A DNA stretch of 64,000 bases, from the NCBI GenBank assembly GCA_023411115.1, contig JAEYPF010000020.1:10052-74051 (forward strand). The letters run 5' to 3'. The translations under genes were made by a program, and so were the position numbers. The notes beneath the pieces are model-generated. The model saw nothing but the letters and a program-made list of their open reading frames with translations, searched no databases and was not told where the DNA came from. Numbering within the stretch: the stretch's first letter is position 1; every line of letters begins with the position of its first letter. The DNA is from Methanobacteriota archaeon. GTDB taxonomy: Archaea > Methanobacteriota > Methanobacteria > Methanobacteriales > Methanobacteriaceae. Positions 60,426 through 64,000 of this stretch are shown here, one piece after another.

Positions 60426-61026
60426 TAATTACTCCTCCTGATGTTTTTAAATTTAATAAATTTTCATCAAATAGTAATACTTATTCACGAGATAGTATTT
60501 ATTTTTTTCAAATATATTTTAAAAAATTGACATGGGATGGGACTAACAAAATAAATTGAAAATAAGTTTTAATATTAAAAATTAAACTGAATATAATACT
60601 TGCTTCACTTCATTCTTTTTGTTTAAAGAGGAACTATTTTGGCTGTTAACATATAGCCCAAAAGGTTAAAATAGAGACATTTCGAAAAATTTTGAGTGAA
60701 TAGGTTTTAATTTATCATGCTAAACATTTATTTTGAATATAAAAGACTTAATTACTAATTTATAACAATTTTAAGCCCATATATTTGCAAAAAATATATT
60801 TAAGATTATTTCTTTCAGTTTATAATATTTAATAAATTAATTTTCATTTAATATCATGTATTAAATGAATTAAATTAGATTAGTATTAACTAACTTATGT
60901 AATATATGATTAACGCAATTAATAAACATTTAAATGATTATTACGATGCAAACAAATTATCTTCAAAAAATCTAAATCCTTTGAAGATCATATAATAATA
61001 AAGAATGTGAATTTGGAGTTGAAAAC

Positions 61027-61392
61027 ATGCCAAGGATAGTACATTTTGAAATACCAGCAGATAACCCTGAAAGGGCCGTAAAATTCTATGAGAAAGTATT
61101 TGGATGGGAAATTCAGAAATGGGAAGGGCCTATGGATTACTGGCTCGTAAAAACTGGTGAAGACGAGGAACCCGGTATAAATGGTGCCATAATGCCAAAG
61201 GAATTTGGAGATAAGGTGCGGAATACAATTGGAGTGGAGTCCCTTGATGAAGCTATCAAGAACATAGAAGCTCAGGGCGGGAAAATGTTAACCGAAAAAC
61301 AGACCATTCCAGGTATTGGCGTCATGGCTGCGTTTAAGGACACTGAAGGAAATATTTCAGTCGTACTAGAACCAGATATGGCGATGGAATGA
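61027..61392 (+). CDS. VOC/glyoxalase-family protein
   Basis: 121 aa with [24 protein letters not shown] and [14 protein letters not shown]. Confidence 0.85.
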   Translation: MPRIVHFEIPADNPERAVKFYEKVFGWEIQKWEGPMDYWLVKTGEDEEPGINGAIMPKEFGDKVRNTIGVESLDEAIKNIEAQGGKMLTEKQTIPGIGVMAAFKDTEGNISVVLEPDMAME

Positions 61393-61522
61393 CTTAATTT
61401 TTTTTTAAATTTTTGTAGTTACCCAACCTTTAGAATTTAAAGAGATAAAAAAGTTAGATATAATAAGTATTAATAATATATTAATATTTATTAAAAAGGT
61501 GATACTCAGGTTGGGAATTGCA

Positions 61523-61663
61523 ATGACAGAATGTCCGAAGTGTGAAGATACGGAAAAAATCCATTATATTGCCAGTTTCTTAACAGATTTCTATATTGAG
61601 GTTCAATGCATCTGTGGAAGCTGCGGAAATGTTTTTAGAGAAACATTTGATCTTGATGAGTAA
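61523..61663 (+). CDS. Possible 46-aa zinc-ribbon miniprotein (below the ORF-track cutoff)
   Basis: MTECPKCEDTEKIHYIASFLTDFYIEVQCICGSCGNVFRETFDLDE has a CxxC...CxCxxC pattern. The RBS is poorly placed. Confidence 0.3.
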   Translation: MTECPKCEDTEKIHYIASFLTDFYIEVQCICGSCGNVFRETFDLDE

Positions 61664-61714
61664 TTTCATTTCATAAATGTATTATTCTTGAGGATAAAAA
61701 CGGGGGTTATTTAG

Positions 61715-62125
61715 ATGGGATTAGGTGCCGTAATTGAAGGTTTTATTATTGCAGTGGTAATTACCATTTTTTTAGCAGTTATTGGAATTAAATCATTTTC
61801 AGGATTACCTATTTCTGCTGTAGGGTTCTTGATTGCAGGTATAATTGTTGGGTACATGGTTTATGGGCGAATTTTGGATGGAGTAATTAACGGGGCATTT
61901 ATAGGTGTCATCGGCGCCATAATTTTGTGGATAATGAGCTTATTTAAGGGTACAATTTCTTCATTTTCTGCAGAATTATCCTCTTATGTTGGTCTGGTAA
62001 CATTACAGGAAGTAGTAGTTGTAATAGTCGTAGGAGCTATTGGTGGCTTAATAGGCAGCCTTATTGGCTATCTAGTTGCTGGTCGGGGGCCAGGAAGGGG
62101 CTGGGGATGGCGTAGAAGATGGTGA
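61715..62125 (+). CDS. Small membrane protein with an Arg/Trp/Gly-rich tail
   Basis: 136 aa with 4 Gly/Ile-rich helices. The C-terminus is GRGPGRGWGWRRRW. Confidence 0.45.
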   Translation: MGLGAVIEGFIIAVVITIFLAVIGIKSFSGLPISAVGFLIAGIIVGYMVYGRILDGVINGAFIGVIGAIILWIMSLFKGTISSFSAELSSYVGLVTLQEVVVVIVVGAIGGLIGSLIGYLVAGRGPGRGWGWRRRW

Positions 62126-62321
62126 TTAAGAAATATTTTAATTATTTTAGTTAATTACAAAATTTTTTATGTGCAATTTACTTCGTTATAGCTATATATT
62201 ACGAAGTATACGAAAATCTATCAAAATTTTTAATTTTGATACCGAAAAAAATCAAAGATTTTTTGTAGGCTTCGTTTTTAATAGTTCAAAAAATTAAAAA
62301 TTTTTAATGTATTAATGTCAT

Positions 62322-62729
62322 TCAAAATAAATTCTCTAACTCGTCGATTAAATTTCTGGTGGACTCAAGAATGTCATTTGCCAATTTTTCATCATATATG
62401 TAGTTATAATCTGCCATTTCCCTTGCCTTCATGGCATAATCAAAATCTGCAAATATATTGTCACTTATAATGCCGTTGTTAACAAACAGTGATTTAATTG
62501 CAGATTTAAGGCCTGCATGGCTTCTTTCTTTATATCCTCTGCTAAAAAGCAGCCCTCTAAATGCATGAAACATTGAATAGTAGCTTTGAACTATGGTCCA
62601 TTTGTAATTACCCTGATTTATAGAATTTTCTGCCGATTTTAAATCGTAACGAGCTTCGTTGATCTCTTTTTCGATTAGTTCAGCATCGATTCCAATCTGT
62701 ACTATATTTCTTTCAAATGGGAGCTTCAT
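62322..62729 (-). CDS. HEPN-domain protein
   Basis: About 135 aa from ATG 62729, with ARYDLKSAENSINQGNYKWTIVQSYYSMFHAFRGLL...ERSHAGL. The start is uncertain (the ORF track starts at 62777). Confidence 0.68.
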   Translation of the reverse strand: MKLPFERNIVQIGIDAELIEKEINEARYDLKSAENSINQGNYKWTIVQSYYSMFHAFRGLLFSRGYKERSHAGLKSAIKSLFVNNGIISDNIFADFDYAMKAREMADYNYIYDEKLANDILESTRNLIDELENLF

Positions 62730-63000
62730 GTAGACCAATTCCTTCTTTATATGGAATAAAAAGGATAATAGTTTCATTTTATAGGTTTTAATTAAATGTC
62801 AGCAAATAACTGGGGGATATTAATGTCTGCTTCTAAATAATTTTTTTGTAATTGGGATTACTAAAACTTTACTAAATTATTTTCTATTAATTTAAAAAGC
62901 GTAAAATTTCATTAAGAAGCTTTGAGTCAAATATTTATTTTATGAAGCACAAAAGTAGTCAATAATATAGTCAAGAAGATGTCAAATAGGGTATGAAAAC

Positions 63001-64000
63001 ATGTTCAAACCAAACTTCAGCTATAACAACAAAATAGTCAATACATTGCTTGAAATCAATTCAATAAGGGATTTCATAGTCAATGCACCACTAGTTGTGG
63101 AAATGGAAATTTCACTTAAAAGAGATGCCCTTTTAAAATCAGCACATCATTCCACAGCAATTGAAGGCAATCCCTTGACTTTAAGTCAGGTTGATAGGCT
63201 TGCACAGGGCCTTAAAATAAAGGCGCAAAAGAAGGCCGAACAGGAAGTTTTAAACTACCTGAACGTGCTTGAAAATCTTAATAAGTATCCTGAAGATGGA
63301 AAAATCACTGGAAGGACAATTTTGAAACTCCACCAGGATATAACTCATTACACCTTAGAAGATACGTATATGGAGGGCCAGTACAGGACTGAACCTGTTC
63401 ATATCGTAAATAAACATGGTGAAATTGTTTTTACCCCTCCCGCTGCAAACCTGGTACGTGGAGAAATGCAGAACTTCATAGAATGGATAAATGAATGTTC
63501 TGAGGAGCTGAATCCAGTTATTGTTGCAGGAATCATTCATTACGAGTTTGTAAGGATTCACCCCTTTGTAGACGGCAACGGCCGAACAACAAGAGCTCTA
63601 GCAGTTTTATTGCTGTATCTAAGAGAATATGATATGGAGCAATTCTTTACTATGGATGAATACTATGATTACGACAGGCCAGCTTATTATAATGCCCTTA
63701 ATTCGGTAGACCAGGAAACACTGGATTTAACGCCGTGGCTTGAATATTTCTTAGAAGGATTTTTGATTTCAATCTCTGGGATAAAAGATCAAATAATGTT
63801 GCTTTCACCCAGCGAAACTAAACAAAAAAGGATAAGGCTGTCAGAAAAGCAGATGAAAATAATTGAATATATCCATTTAAACGGCAGTATAACAAACTCT
63901 GAGCTTCAAAAATTGTTAAATATTTCTCGTCAGGGGTCTTATAAATATTTGAGGAGTTTAATGGATTTGGATCTGGTGGAAAAGAAAGGGGGGAGCCGTT
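63001..64000 (+). CDS. Fic-family protein with a C-terminal winged-helix domain (3' end lies outside the window)
   Basis: The frame is open from ATG 63001 to the window edge, so it is not in the ORF track. It has the Fic motif HPFVDGNGRTTR, an N-terminal SAHHSTAIEGNPL block, and a wHTH-like tail (MKIIEYIHLNGSITNSELQKLLNISRQGSYKYLRSL). Confidence 0.88.
   Translation, partial: MFKPNFSYNNKIVNTLLEINSIRDFIVNAPLVVEMEISLKRDALLKSAHHSTAIEGNPLTLSQVDRLAQGLKIKAQKKAEQEVLNYLNVLENLNKYPEDGKITGRTILKLHQDITHYTLEDTYMEGQYRTEPVHIVNKHGEIVFTPPAANLVRGEMQNFIEWINECSEELNPVIVAGIIHYEFVRIHPFVDGNGRTTRALAVLLLYLREYDMEQFFTMDEYYDYDRPAYYNALNSVDQETLDLTPWLEYFLEGFLISISGIKDQIMLLSPSETKQKRIRLSEKQMKIIEYIHLNGSITNSELQKLLNISRQGSYKYLRSLMDLDLVEKKGGSR

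Noticed and set aside
60959-60988. 9-bp perfect inverted repeat atcttcaaa-N12-tttgaagat 38 nt upstream of the VOC-family gene.
   Set aside because: It is a single occurrence in a 600-bp AT-rich spacer with no second copy or known regulator nearby. It could be an operator or leader hairpin, but the evidence is too thin.
62179-62208. Nested palindrome tacttcgt-tatagctata-tatt-acgaagta between two convergent genes.
   Set aside because: It is plausibly just a bidirectional terminator-region hairpin. It occurs once, is mostly A/T, and has no associated gene or repeat partner.

Overview
This is an AT-rich archaeal chromosome segment. The gene content points to a Methanobacteriales-type methanogen: methanogen-type SerRS, MfnA, aTrm56, PycB, an F420-type LLM oxidoreductase, and nifI1/nifI2 between nifH and nifD. 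All calls come from reading the six-frame translations and the DNA by eye, with no database search, so family names are motif-level recognitions.

Layout:
- 0-21.9 kb: housekeeping genes (FKBP, SerRS, L10e, PEP synthase, MfnA, Trm56, cobS plus a cbiZ-cobZ fusion, queC, larC, pycB). Two tandem orphan receiver proteins sit among them.
- 22.1-30.2 kb: a complete Mo-type nif operon, nifH-I1-I2-D-K-E-N-X, followed by two small ferredoxins. An exact NrpR-type GGAA-N6-TTCC operator lies at the promoter. A molybdopterin oxidoreductase follows at 30.3-32.3 kb.
- 32.5-33.7 kb: a leaderless papain-fold peptidase next to a chagasin-type inhibitor.
- 37-48.5 kb: an accessory-looking island of small-molecule sensing and detoxification genes, with 4 PadR, 2 ArsR and 2 GyrI-like proteins. 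It contains the two most interesting candidates. The first is an ars-type operon that has no arsenite pump and instead carries a thiol-repeat RdhA/QueG-family Fe-S protein. The second is a PadR-led operon combining GyrI-like proteins with an AlkD-like glycosylase.
- 48.5-64 kb: a MoxR/VWA pair, a translationally coupled MBL-rhodanese / GalT-HIT-like pair, an ABC-2 exporter, a DUF362 Fe-S protein, an LLM oxidoreductase, a lone HEPN protein, and a Fic protein that runs off the window.

I found no rRNA, tRNA, CRISPR array, transposase or integrase.
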